Position numbers and translations under genes: made by a program
From: Octopus vulgaris
Taxonomy: Eukaryota
DNA length: 64,000 nt
NCBI GenBank assembly: GCA_951406725.2
Contig: OX597814.1
Span: 197,656,001-197,720,000 of the forward strand
Reading direction: 5' to 3'
Part shown: positions 37,797-50,410 of the stretch, piece after piece
Position numbering within the stretch: the stretch's first letter is position 1
Layout of the letters: every line of letters starts with the position of its first letter
Notes under the pieces: model-generated
Databases searched by the model: none
Seen by the model: the letters and a program-made list of their open reading frames with translations, nothing else
What the model was told of the DNA's origin: nothing

Positions 37797-38203
37797 ACAT
37801 ATATATATATATGAAAGAAATGCTGATTTTATTTGGCTAATCTTGAAACGTTGACGTACTCAAACGATCTATGTACTTGTGATATTTTTCTGTATTTACC
37901 CCCAAACCTTCGTGAGCTGTCTGGAGTAAACATTATCTGAGAGAAATTTTCTTTAAGTAGTAGAAACGCTAAGAAAATTTTTTTTTTTTTTTGCTGCTAT
38001 TTCTGCTATTTCTACTAAGTTCAGTATGTGGCAAAGTAATTTATTTTACTAAGCCCTAATTATATAATGTAATATTTTGAATTCGCCTTAAATGGTCCTT
38101 TTACATACTGAACACCTGGTGAAATTGATTAATTAATTAATTTTACCCTCAATTGTTGTTATTATATATATATAGATATATATATATATATATATATGTA
38201 CAT

Positions 38204-38459
38204 ACTAAATAATTAGGGTTCAGCAAAGATTTGCTTTACCACATACCGAAGTTTAGAAATAGCAGCCAAAAAAACGTTAGCCATTTCTTCTACTTTAAAA
38301 AGGGACTCCCAGAAAAACCAAAAAACAATGTTTTCAATTATTTTGGTTTTTCTGGGAGTCCCTTTTTAAAGTAGAAGAAATGGCTAACGTTTTTTGGCTG
38401 CTATTTCTAAACTTCGGTATGTGGTAAAGCAAATCTTTGCTGAACCCTAATTATTTAGT
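38204..38459. repeat. near-perfect 120-bp inverted repeat with 17-nt loop
   Basis: 38204-38323 vs 38341-38459 differ only by one base in a homopolymer; diverged direct copy at about 37950-38160. Confidence 0.95.
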
Positions 38460-38587
38460 TTAACTTAAGTTTACCATGAAATGGTCCTTTTTTCATGCCG
38501 AATTCTGCTTGGTGAAATTATTGATTACTTCTTAATTAATTAATTTTACCCTTTGTTATTATTGATATATATGTATGTATATATATA

Positions 38588-38984
38588 CTCTTACTCTTTA
38601 CACTTGTTTCAGTCATTTGACTGCGGCCATGCTGGAGCACCGCCTTTAGTCGAGCAAATCGACCCCGGGACTTATTCTTTGTAAGCCCAGTACTTATTAT
38701 ATCGGTCTCTTCTGCCGAACCGCTAAGTGACGGGGACGTAAACACACCAGCATCGGTTGTCAAGCAATGCTAGGGGAACAAACACAGGGGAACACACACT
38801 TATATATATATACATATATACGACAGGCTTCTTTCAGTTTTCGTCTACCAAATCCACTCACAAGGCATTGGTCGGCCCGGGGCTATAGCAGAAGACACTT
38901 GCCCAAGATGCCACGCAATGGGACTGAACCCGGAACCATGTGGTTGGTTAGCAAGCTACTTACCAAACAGCCACTCCTGCGCCT
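38588..38984 (-). mobile_element. SINE family A, full length, young
   Basis: Shares diagnostic variants with 53297-53660 (GGCATCTTGGG, CCAATGCC, CCCTAGCATTGC). Confidence 0.92.
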
Positions 38985-39099
38985 ATATATATATATCCAT
39001 ATATATATATATTTATATATGTACATTTATATACATTTTTTCTAGTTTCAGCTCAGAGCTGTGGCCATGCTGATGCACCGCCGTTTTACTACAGTTATA

Positions 39100-39127
39100 C
39101 TGTTATATATTTATATACATATATATA

Positions 39128-39181
<54 letters not shown>

Positions 39182-39597
39182 CAAATATATATATATATAT
39201 TTATATACAAATATATATATATATATTTATATACAAATATATATATATATTTATATACAAATATATATATATATTTATATACATACAAATATATATATAT
39301 ATTTATATACATACAAATATATATATATATTTATATACATATATATATATATATATTTATAAACATATATATATATATTTATATACATATATATATATAT
39401 ATTTATATACATATATATATTTATATACATATATATATTTATATACATATATTTATTTATATATATATACATATATTTATTTATATACATATATATATAT
39501 ATTTATATATATAGTTACATACATATTATGTATCTACCTATATATATACAGATTTAAATACACACACACACACATACGTATGTGTGTATGTGTGTGC
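39100..39597. repeat. TA-rich minisatellite (ATATATATTTATATAC units)
   Basis: Direct reading. Confidence 0.95.
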
Positions 39598-40384
39598 TAA
39601 TGACGTGCTTGTATAATTGTATAGAAGACAATTGCATGTTTTGATTCGCGAATTATTCATCCTCGCTAATTATGGCAAGATCTAAATGCTTTCTGCTGCA
39701 GAATTTTTTTTTTAAATACCGTCGCTGCTTTTGTCTAACCTGAAATATATATTTCTTTAAGCTTCTCAATGTTACAGGTTTAACAAGTACAAATAGTGTC
39801 TGAAGATCTTGATCTTTTGTTTTGTTTTTTGTTGTCTTTTTAGCTGCTTTTCTTTGTTTTGTTATTTTTTTTTTCTTGTTTCCGTTTCTTTTTCGTTGCA
39901 TTACATTTCAAGTGTTTATCTTCATCGATCCCAGTTGATTTCGAACGCAACCTTTTTTCGCTAAGCTAACGTCTCGATAGAAAATTATGCGGTAGAAACC
40001 CGCATTGCCATCGAGCTATTATCTGAACAGGTTGAAGTAGTATTGTTTTATGTTATGCCAATTGATGATATTTTTATTTTTTCTATTATTTTATATAATT
40101 TCCCAACTTTTTTTTTGTATTAGCACTTCTTTGCGCAGTGTTTACATCTCCGCTTACGTTTCTAGGTAACATATTTCCAAGTACAGGCTCTGAAGATCGC
40201 TCTAACATTTCTATTTTCTCTCGGTCGATAAGCCGTTTCTAAGAATATAGTAAAATACTGAAATTTGAGAAGAGTATTGTTCGTATGCTCTGCTACTTCT
40301 GTTTAGTTTTCAAATACAGGAACTTAAATTTTGTTTGAAAACCTTTTCAATTATTTAATGAACTATCTTCGTATTATATTGATA

Positions 40385-41218
40385 TTGGTTTCAAATTTTG
40401 GCACAAGGCCTGCAATTTCGAGGAGACACTAAGTCGATTAAAACGACTTCAGTATTCAACTCAGATTTATTTTATCGAACCTGAAACGGTGAAAGGCAAA
40501 GTCGACCTCGACGGAATTTGAACTCAACCTAAAGACATACGAAATGCCGTCAACCATTTTGCCTGCCGTGCTAACGATTCTGCTAGCTCGCCACCTTGTA
40601 TTATATTGCTATTCTTTTCTACTCTGGGCACAAGGCCCGAAATTTGGAGGGAGGCGGCCAGTCGAATTAAATCGACCCGAGTACGAAACTTATCGACTAC
40701 GAAAGGATGGAAGGCAAAGTCAACCTTGACGGAATTTGTACTCAGAACGTAACGGCAGACGAAATACCGCTAAGCATTTCGCCCGGCGTGCTAACGCTTC
40801 TTATTTCTTTATTGCCCACAAGGGGCTAAACATAGAGGGGACTAACAAGGACAGACCAAGTGGTTAGGTCGATTAGATCGACCCCAGTGCGTAACTGGTA
40901 CTTAATTTATCGACCCCGAAAGGATGACAGGCAAAGTCGACCTCGACAGAATTTAAACTCAGAACGTAGCGGCGCACGAAATACCTATTTCTTTACCACC
41001 CTCAAGGGGCCAAATACAGAGAGGACAAGCAGGGACAGACAAACGGATTAAGTCGATTATATCGACTCTACTGCGTAACTGGTATTTAATTTATCGACTC
41101 CGGAAGGCTGAAAAGCAAAGTCGACGTCGGTGAAATTTGAACTCAGAACGTAACGGCAGACGAAATACAGCAAAGAATTTCGCCCGGCGTGCTAACGTTT
41201 CTGCCAGCTCGCCGCCTT
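40385..41218 (-). mobile_element. cluster of four SINE B units (two tail 2, two tail 1)
   Basis: Units at about 40385-40596, 40610-40800, 40801-40985 and 40986-41218. Confidence 0.9.
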
Positions 41219-42259
41219 TGTATCATATTGATATTAACGCCACGAATAAGTTATGAATTAGACTAGCTTGCAAGTATATGGTTTATACATGTATTAGAAA
41301 CATCAATGATTCGTGACAATAGCAGTGGATGTTAATGGACCAACAAGTCCGCGTCTCCCTTTCCATTCCAACTCAAATTCCTTTCAAGCTTTGTACATCG
41401 CAATTTCTAATTAGTTTTTATCTACTTATTTAAACTTAATCCGTTTCATTGAAAGTTTAATTATTTCAACAAATAATTTAAAAGCCTGCAAACATATTTA
41501 ACGAGATCAATCATTAACAGATCGATCTTAAAACAAGAGCTATGTCTCTACTTGCATGTGACTTTATATACACAAAGATACATCAGAGAGGCGGTGTATC
41601 GATCTATCGATCTTCACTCAGGATATTCTTTCATATGAGTGCATATATACCTATGATAAACACTTGTGCATATAATTTCTCCCACATTTATTCTGTATAA
41701 CCAGTACTATAACTAGTACGATACCTAAGGATGATAGTAACCAAACCGGTGTAGTGAAAGCAGACTGGTTGATGATAATCTACGTGGAGAGTTCGAAACT
41801 CAACGGTAGCACTCGTACATCTAACTGAACACGTAAGATATATCAAGTGTATTGTGTGTGTGTGTATGTGTGTGTGTCTGCTGCATACATATTTTCATTT
41901 AGACAAGTTACGTATTTCTCCTATATATAACTATACGAAATCCTCCAGTCTCTCTCTTTCTCTTGCGGCTTTTTTTTTACGTTTGTTTTCTACATTTTAC
42001 ATCTCCATAATCTTTTCAAAAGAATTTTTTCAGAATTTTCTTCTTTTTTTCTGGTTAGAATTTGCCAGTCTAGTATAAAACGAATTGATTATACTTTGTA
42101 CTTCAGAAAAGAATCTGGGATATCCGAATATGTTCTTTCTGAACATCAATTTCTTCTGGTACAACTTTATTTAATTAAACAACTGCATGTGTGCATATAT
42201 ATATGTGTATGTATGTATATATATGTGTGTGTGTGTGTATGTGTGTGTGTGTGTGTGTA

Positions 42260-42469
42260 CAGGGTAGCCCAAATGTAGGTTTACAGTTATTCAACTTTCG
42301 CATTCACATATTGACAGTTTAAATCTTAATTATAAAAAATATAAAGCCATTATTCTATGCTAATTTAGATAATTGTAACATAGAAATTTAAATGAAATAA
42401 AATAAAATGTTTTAAAGGAAATTTAAAGTGACTATGTGATAACTGTAAACCTACTTTTGGGCCACCCTG
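42260..42469. mobile_element. Tc1/mariner-type MITE with TA TSD
   Basis: TA-CAGGGTAGCCCAAATGTAGGTTTACAGTTAT ... ATAACTGTAAACCTACTTTTGGGCCACCCTG-TA. Confidence 0.92.
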
Positions 42470-43348
42470 TATATATGTGTGTATATATATGTGTGTGTGT
42501 ACATAAGGCGTATGTGGAGTTATACAATATCCATACATCTTCAAATCAGATGTAGCTGAATGTAAATTAAGAAACAGCTATAGCATGCAACATAAAGTTT
42601 ATTTGCCTCTCACTTTTCCTTGATATAAACTGAGCATATATATATTTATATATATACACACACACACATAAGCACACACACATATATATGTGTATATGCA
42701 TTTAAATGTTTATATATACATATACATGTGAGCGCGTCTATGTGTATGTATAGCTCGAAAATTTGTGGCTGCGAAGCAAACTTCTAAACTGCACGGCCAT
42801 TCCTGAGCCCATGCACAGCAATCCTAACGTCTGTGTAAGCATCTGTATTAACTCCAGCACTTCAATATTCATAAAGTTTAAAGCCTTCTTACTTCCATCA
42901 AGACACAACTGCAAACGTCTAAATATAGCCATCACATTATGATTTAATATTGACATTGCCAAATACTACCCAAATACGAGAGCATTATAAACCCTTAGTG
43001 TATTCCATCTTAGTCCTCACAAATGTTAATTATAAAGAGAAAATATTTTATACTTTCAATATTATGTCATATAATTCCCTGAGTGGTGACGTCACAGATA
43101 CGATCCGCCATGCAATTTTCCGCTATTGGTTATTTTCCTTCGTATAACACGTTCGTTATTTGCATGCTTATATAACTTCATTTCAGCTCTCATGAGTTTT
43201 CTACAGTTACATTTACACAATAGCTCGACTTAATGCAGTTCTCCTTGTTGATATGTTATAGATTTTGTTTTTGTTCTTCATGGTATTATTGTGTCAGCCA
43301 GTTCTCTATGTCGTTCTCTTTTTCACTTTCACTTTCTGTTTCCTTTTT

Positions 43349-43349
<1 letters not shown>

Positions 43350-43415
<66 letters not shown>
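43350..43415. repeat. (TC)n microsatellite
   Basis: Direct reading. Confidence 0.97.
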
Positions 43416-43421
<6 letters not shown>

Positions 43422-43992
43422 CTCTCTCGCTCTCTTCCCAAATGCTTCTGGTAGCCTTGAAAGCTTGTAATCTGTTTCGTCATGTAACAAAACACCATAA
43501 TACTCAACCTCCAGTGAATACTGCCATGCATGAACAAATCCTCGATGAAAGAGGAAGACGGAGATGGCTGTGAGGCTGGTCGAACAGCATCAAAGAGCGG
43601 GCTGGGGAAAGATGAGGTTGGATGATGACTCGGAAAGATAACAGGAAGAGGTTGCATCTGTTGTCGTGTAGTATGGCGTCCCTTGGATGTGAATTTCGAT
43701 TCATTTAATCTCCTCCTACTCCATATCTTTCATCTTTCATTGTTTTCTTATTTTAGTCGTTGGACAGCGGCCATGCTAGGGCACCACCTTGGTGGATTCA
43801 AGTTGAACGAATCGACTCCAGTATTTATGATTTTTTTTTTATAAAGGTTAGTATTTATTCCATCGGTCTCTTGTATCGGACTGCTAGGTTAGAGTAACGT
43901 AAGTGAATCAACAACGGCTGTCAAGCAGTGAGTGATGACAAACACAGACAGAGAAAGACATGCACAGATATGTGTGTGCGCGCGCATGCATG

Positions 43993-44335
43993 TAATAATA
44001 ATAATAATAATGAAATTATTGTATACAGTGCTCAGGTGCACCACAACTTGTCAAAAGTGCGTATAAAGCATATGCAGTAATGTACAAATGTCTGAGAAGC
44101 GAACAGTGTAGGAGTCAGATACATGCTTGTGTGTGTATGGAGGGGAGAAAATCAGGTGTAGTGTTGGCGAATCTCAGGAAGCATGGAAGCTTTGAAGGAT
44201 GCAGTGCTCCGACAACTAACAACTGATGCCAGCAGTTTGTTCCATACTTCAGCAATTCTCAGTATGAAAAAATGTTTCCGAAAGTCATGGGAGCTGTGCT
44301 GTTTTCTGACTTTGTATACATGTTCACGGGTGTTA
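43993..44335 (-). mobile_element. CR1 LINE 3' end with (TTA)n tail, inserted in an old SINE A (43745-43985 and 44510-44650)
   Basis: TREHVYKVRKQ..RKHFFILRIAEVWNKL..VVSCRSTASFK*, then 3' UTR and tail. Confidence 0.88.
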
Positions 44336-44663
44336 GAAATGTGTGTGTGTGTGTAAGTAAAGTACTCCATCTGGCGAGAGATGAATATCATTTAATAAAA
44401 CAATATATATTTTTTTAATGAGCTACCAACAGTTTCATGCGGCGAAAACAACTCAGACAGCATTTATAACACATCTGGTGTCTTCGCACAACGCGCGCAC
44501 ACATATGGTATGACTAGCTTCCACACGGTTACCGTTTACCCGTTTACCAAATTCACTCACAAAGCATTGGCGGTCCAGGGTAACCCGCAATGGTACTGAA
44601 TTCGAAACATCGTGGTTGCAAAGCAAGCTAATTAGTAACACACCCATGTCTATATCTCTTCTG

Positions 44664-45261
44664 CGAGCTGGCTGAAACGTTAGCACGCCGGGCGAAATGC
44701 TCAGCAGTATCTCGTCTGTCGCTACGTTCTGAGTTCAAATTCCGCCGAGTTCGACTTTGCCTTTCATCCTTTCTGGGTCGATAAATTAAGTACCAGTTAC
44801 GCACAAGGGATTGATGTAATCGACTTAATCCTTTTATCTGTCCTTGTCTGTCCCCTCTGTGTTTAGCCCCTTGTGGGTAGTAAAGAAATAGGTATTTCCA
44901 CTGCTGCTACGTTCTGAGTTCAAATTCTGCCGTGGTCGACTATGTCTTTCATCCTTTCGGGATCGATAAATTAAGTACCAGTTACGCACTGGAGAGTTGA
45001 TGTAATCGACTTAATCCTTTTATCTGTCCTTGTTTGTCCCCTCTGTGTTTAGCCCCTTGTGGGTAGTAAAGAAATAAGTATTTCGTCTGCTGCTACGTTC
45101 TGAGTTCAAATTCCGCCGTAGTCGACTTTGCCTTTCATCCTTTCGGGGTCGATAAATTAAGTACCAGTTACGCACTGGGGGTTGATGTAATCGACTTAAT
45201 TCTTTTATCTGTCCTTGTTTGTCCCCTCTGTGTTTAGCCCCTTGTGGGTAGTAAAGAAATA
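44664..45261 (+). mobile_element. SINE family B tandem trimer (one head, three bodies)
   Basis: Units start at about 44708, 44893 and 45079; possible 9-bp TSD TATATCTCT (44651-44659, 45262-45270). Confidence 0.92.
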
Positions 45262-46099
45262 TATATCTCTACATGCAACGCATAATATCTGAAGAAAGAA
45301 AGGTTTTTTTTCTTTTTTTTTGCTGTTGTTATTTTCATCTCTATCAAAGCATGTTCTGACTTTGTCTCTCTAAAATGAAAATGGATACCACTATAAGACA
45401 TCGTCTTTCGTGCTGGTGCCCCATAAAATACCATGGCGCCTCCTCTATGCATTTAGATGGGTTAAGTGATGTAAGTTATCATCTTCTTCCGGGGCCGAAA
45501 CCAGTGGGACTGAACCCGGAACCATGTGACTGGTAAGCAAGCTACTTACCACACAGCCACTCCTGCGCCTATGTTACCAAAAGTGAAAGCATTTGGACCA
45601 GGTTTTGGTTTCAGAATATCACCATCTTTCAGCTTTTTACTTCTGACTACCATTTCTCTTGAATAGTAATATAAACCTCCAGATGGTAGTGATGGAAGAA
45701 ACTCTTCACCTGTATACACCTCATAAATTACGCTACGGGATGCCCCTACTTCTCCGGTCTCCGATCCCTCAAATCACCATCAGTATTTTGGTAATATCTT
45801 AGTTGCATTGCGAAGTGGTTGGCATTTCGTGGTTGGCATTCCGAAGTCGTTGGCATTTCGTCCGTCTTCATGCTCTGAGTTTAAATTCTTCTGAGGTTGA
45901 CCTTGCCTTTCATTCTTTCGGGATCGATAAAGTAAGCACCAGGTAAACAATGGATTCCGCGTAATCGACGACTTACGTCATACCCTGAACTTGTTAGGGC
46001 CTTGTGCTAAAAGAAATTTGAAATCAATATCAAGTCCCCTTTGTGACCGCACTTGTCCCTTCATCAACGCTACTGGGCTGGAAATATAGCCTTTAGTGT

Positions 46100-46700
46100 C
46101 TGCACCAGTCTGTCTTCTTGCCTGCCAAAGTATCAGATCAATTATCTAAATATTTTAGACCTCTTCCTTATCTTTAAAATCCAGCTTTTACTCAGTCATC
46201 CCCGTTTCTACACCAGTCAGATCCCCTGATTGCCAAATTAAGACACCCCACCTCATAGCATTCTATTGCACCACATCCCTAGCTCCTCGGTGCCTATGGT
46301 CGGAGCTCTTCTCCTTCTAGGCTGACTTCCTTAAGCAACAAATTTACTCCACTTCTGACCCATTGGAGAAATCTAATTGGATTGAGAGAAGCAAGCTATA
46401 TAAAGTATGATCTTTTAATCCTGCAAATCTAAAGCTCTCCACTGGTTCAATTGTAGCCATTTTAGGAGGTTTACGAAGGAAGAACGCCAGAAGGACGTCA
46501 ATGTCACAATTTGAAAGGATTTTACACAGAACTACAATGCCTGAAAGATGACCATCTCAAAAACAGAAATTCAACGCATTTGCTGCCCGTTTCCTTCCAA
46601 TCCTATACTGCAAATGTACACATACCAATGTATGTAATGAGGCCGACAGAGATGATGATTTTCAAAATAACTTCGTTGACGGCTTCACAAACATTTCCAT
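46100..46700 (+). mobile_element. possible decayed CR1/L2-like APE endonuclease-linker fragment
   Basis: NILDLFL, PVRSPD (cf. PLGSSDH) and WFNC remnants; heavily disrupted. Confidence 0.35.
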
Positions 46701-48845
46701 CACCTCAATCCTAACACTACACAGAAAAACCAACAGAAAATTTTTTTCCTTTCGCTCTAAACCTAGGTGAACTGCTTTGACGATGTTCCTTCCAATATAC
46801 ACAAGCTGTGTCGCAGAGCCAACTCCTGTCATCAACTCTTCAATGTTTCCCTTAATACAATGAAACATTCAGTGGTGTACTTCAAAACTCAAATATAAAT
46901 TTCATCCAACACCGTATGTGTGTAAATTAATTAAACTTACAACGATTATCTTTTTTCTATAATCTGACCAAACACAAAGACGGATCCGCTTCAGCAGTTT
47001 TTATTGTAATTTTATCAGTAACTAACTACATTTTTCTTAGATGTTAGGATCGATATTTTGTTTATATCCATTTTTATTGCTTTCAAATGTTGAAACAGGG
47101 AGGGCCAGCAATTTTAGGAGAGGAGTAAATTGATTACATCGACCCCGGGATTCAGCTGATATTTATTATATCGACCTCTAAAGGATGAAAGGTTTGAACT
47201 CAGAACATAAAGACGGACGAAATGCCGTTATACATTTTGCCCAGCATGCTAATGAATTTTCCAGCTCGCCGCCCTTATATCCATTATTACTGAAGCATTC
47301 ATTGTATCGAATACTCCGATTTGCATAAACGATGTATTCTTGGTACTTACCTTTTAACTTATTGACGCGATAGTCGTGTTGTTTTGTTGATAAAGAAGGA
47401 CAGACAACTGCTGATGAAATCTCTACAAAAAACTGGAATGTTCCAGTTGAATCCTCTATTTTTGTTCAGGATGAGAGTGCATAAAATGTTTGTCGTTTTT
47501 GATAGTTCGGTATATTTAAGTTTAATTAATCTACGCACGTAAAGTCTATCCTTTATTCGCTCTTTCTACTGCGTTGGTTCAGCTGCAGTAAGGTGGAAGG
47601 AAGAGGTGTTAATGAGGAGGAAGAGTGAGCAATAAGCTGGACCGTACTTTGGTCCTAACGATTTTACTTATTCTATTGTTGCTGAAAATCCTCATCTTCA
47701 CCCATCATCATCTTCCCCATACTCAACTTTCTCTTCCTCCTCCTCCCGCTCATCATCATCATCAAGTATCGACCGCTTTCGCTATATTGAATATCACTGA
47801 TCACCATCTCAGTCTCTTTCTGTGTGCTGTCTTTATATACATATATATATTCGCTATATTTTAAGTCTGTCCAGTTCTTGTATTATCATTCCACGTAATT
47901 CTTGATCTTCCCTTCATCTTTCTCTCATTCTTTTTCCTTCTTCTCTTTATAATGACTGCAATCCTTTTTTTATTTAATTAAATGTCCGCAATCTTTTAGA
48001 TTTTCTCTCTTTGAAGGCGTCCAATAAAATTTTCTTAATTATTTTGGATTTTTTTTTCTTAACCATTCTTAGTACTTGATAGACTTTGTGTTCTGTCCAT
48101 GATATTCTTAAAAGTCTTCTTTATGTCCACATCTCAAAGGCTTGTAATCTTTTTCTTTTTCTTTTTTTTTTTCTTTTTGATAAAACCTTTGTTAATATCC
48201 ATGTTTCAACTCCATATACCAGAGAAAACCAGACATAACACTTTAGTAATGTTTTCCTGGTTTTGATATTATTGTTTCTCGTTCTCTATAAGTTTGGCGC
48301 TTTCTATTTTGTTTGTTATGTTTTTCAAAAGACTCCATCTTTCTCAACCTTTCTTTTGATTTCTGCCTCACATTTCCTGTTTCCTGATTACACATATCCC
48401 AGCTTTATTATCTTTGTCTCTTCAATTGGCTCTTTCTTAATTGAATATATTTCTTTTTGCGACTGGTCTTTCTCGTTGATTACCCTTCACTGTATTCTTA
48501 ACGGCCATTTCCATTCTATAACATATTCCTGTTGTCATTTTCTGTGATTACGAGCTGCTATAGATTATCTCTATTGAAATATCTTATACCGGCACTCCTA
48601 TTGGAACTCCTACAATGTCTTATATTTCTCTGCAGATCTTCTAAGTGTATGGATTAAAGACGCAAAAAGATAGTACACAACCTTGCCTGACTCCTTAACT
48701 TTAAATTACATTCTTACTGCTGTTGTTTGCTTCGAGAACATTTCTGTTATAATTTGAAGATTATAACCTACACCAAGTTCATATAAATACTCGGTATTTT
48801 CTGCTTATTTACTCGACCAAATTACCTTTGTATAGTCTCTAAGCC

Positions 48846-48905
48846 AGCGGTTCTCAACCGCGGTCCCCGGGCCTTATGCATCCCTCAAGCATTACTCCAG
48901 GGATC
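48846..48905 (+). mobile_element. hAT/Charlie-like terminus
   Basis: CAGCGGTTCTCAACCGCGGTCCCCGGG resembles CAGTGGTTCTCAACC hAT ends; other end not found. Confidence 0.55.
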
Positions 48906-49057
48906 CCTTCCTTCAATAAATATATTTTTCTTTCAGTGATGTGTGTTTTATTTCTTTTGGTGCAGCACCGCAACCACCCCAACTAAAGAATTTTAGATTT
49001 TGGATCTAGGACCACTTCTCTAAAACATAAGCAAATATTTCGATTAGTGTGAACATT

Positions 49058-49221
49058 AGGCGCATGCGTGGCTGCGTGGTAAGAAGCGTGCTTCCCTATC
49101 ACATGGTTCCGGGTTCAATCCAATAGCATGACACTTTGTGTAAGTGTCTTCTACTATAGCCTCGGGCCGACCAAACCTTGTGAGTGGATTTGGTAGACGG
49201 AAACTTAAAGAATCCCGTCAT

Positions 49222-49253
<32 letters not shown>

Positions 49254-50410
49254 TTTGTGTCTGTGTTTGTTCGCATCACGGTTTGACAACCGGTGTTGAT
49301 GTGTTTACGACCCCGTAACCTGGCGGTTCGGCAATTGGGAGCGGTAGAATAAGTACTAGGCTTTAAAAAAAATAAGTCCTGGGATCGACTCGTTCGATTA
49401 AAACCTTTTGATGCGGTGCTCTAGCATGGCCGCAATCAAATGACTGAAAAAGTATAAGAATAAAAGAATGTTTTTTTTAAGTAAAGTAATTGTGCGGGGT
49501 ATTTTATTTGTTAACCATTCGCCAAAAATGTATCATAGACGCTGCAGTGGCTGTGTGGTAAGTAGCTTGCTTACCAACCACATTGTCCCTGGGTTCAGTC
49601 CCACTGCGTGGCACCTTAGGCAAGTGTCTTCTACTATAGCCTCGGGCCGACCAAAGCCTTGTGAGTGGATTTGGTAGACGGAAACTTAAAGAATCCCGTC
49701 ATGTGTGAGTGTGTGTGTGTGTGTGTGTGTGTTTTGTGTCTGTGTTTGTTCGCATCACGGTTTGACAACCGGTGTTGATGTGTTTACGACCCCGTAACCT
49801 GGCGGTTCGTCAATTGGGAGCGGTAGAATAAGTACTAGGCTTTAAAAAAAATAAGTCCTGGGATCGACTCGTTCGATTAAAACCTTTTGATGCGGTGCTC
49901 TAGCATGGCCGCAATCAAATGACTGAAAAAGTATAAGAATAAAAGAATGTTTTTTTTTAAGTAAAGTAATTGTGCGGGGTATTTTATTTGTTAACCATTC
50001 GCCAAAAATGTATCATAGACGCTGCAGTGGCTGTGTGGTAAGTAGCTTGCTTACCAACCACATGGTCCCTGGGTTCAGTCCCACTGCGTGGCACCTTAGG
50101 CAAGTGTCTTCTACTATAGCCTCGGGCCGACCAAAGCCTTGTGAGTGGATTTGGTAGACGGAAACTGAAAGAAGCCCATCGTACATATGTATATATATGT
50201 CTGGGTGTGTTTGTGTGTCTGTTTCTGTCCCCCCCCCCCAACATCGTTTGACAACCGCTGCTGGTGTGTTTACGTCCCCTAACTTAGCGTTTCGGCAAAA
50301 GAAAACGATAGAATAAGTACCAGGCTTACGAAGTCCTGGGGTCGATTTGCTCGACTAAAGGCGGTGCTCCAGCATGACCGCAGTCAAATGGCTGAAACAA
50401 GTGAAAGAGT
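49058..50410 (+). mobile_element. three SINE A copies forming a 480-bp tandem duplication
   Basis: AAGTGTCTTCTACTATAGCC at 49142, 49622 and 50102; unique 72-bp spacer duplicated. Confidence 0.93.

Noticed and set aside
44700-44890. Hammerhead ribozyme within SINE B tandem units (true retrozyme)
   Set aside because: No CUGANGA core seen on either strand of the unit.
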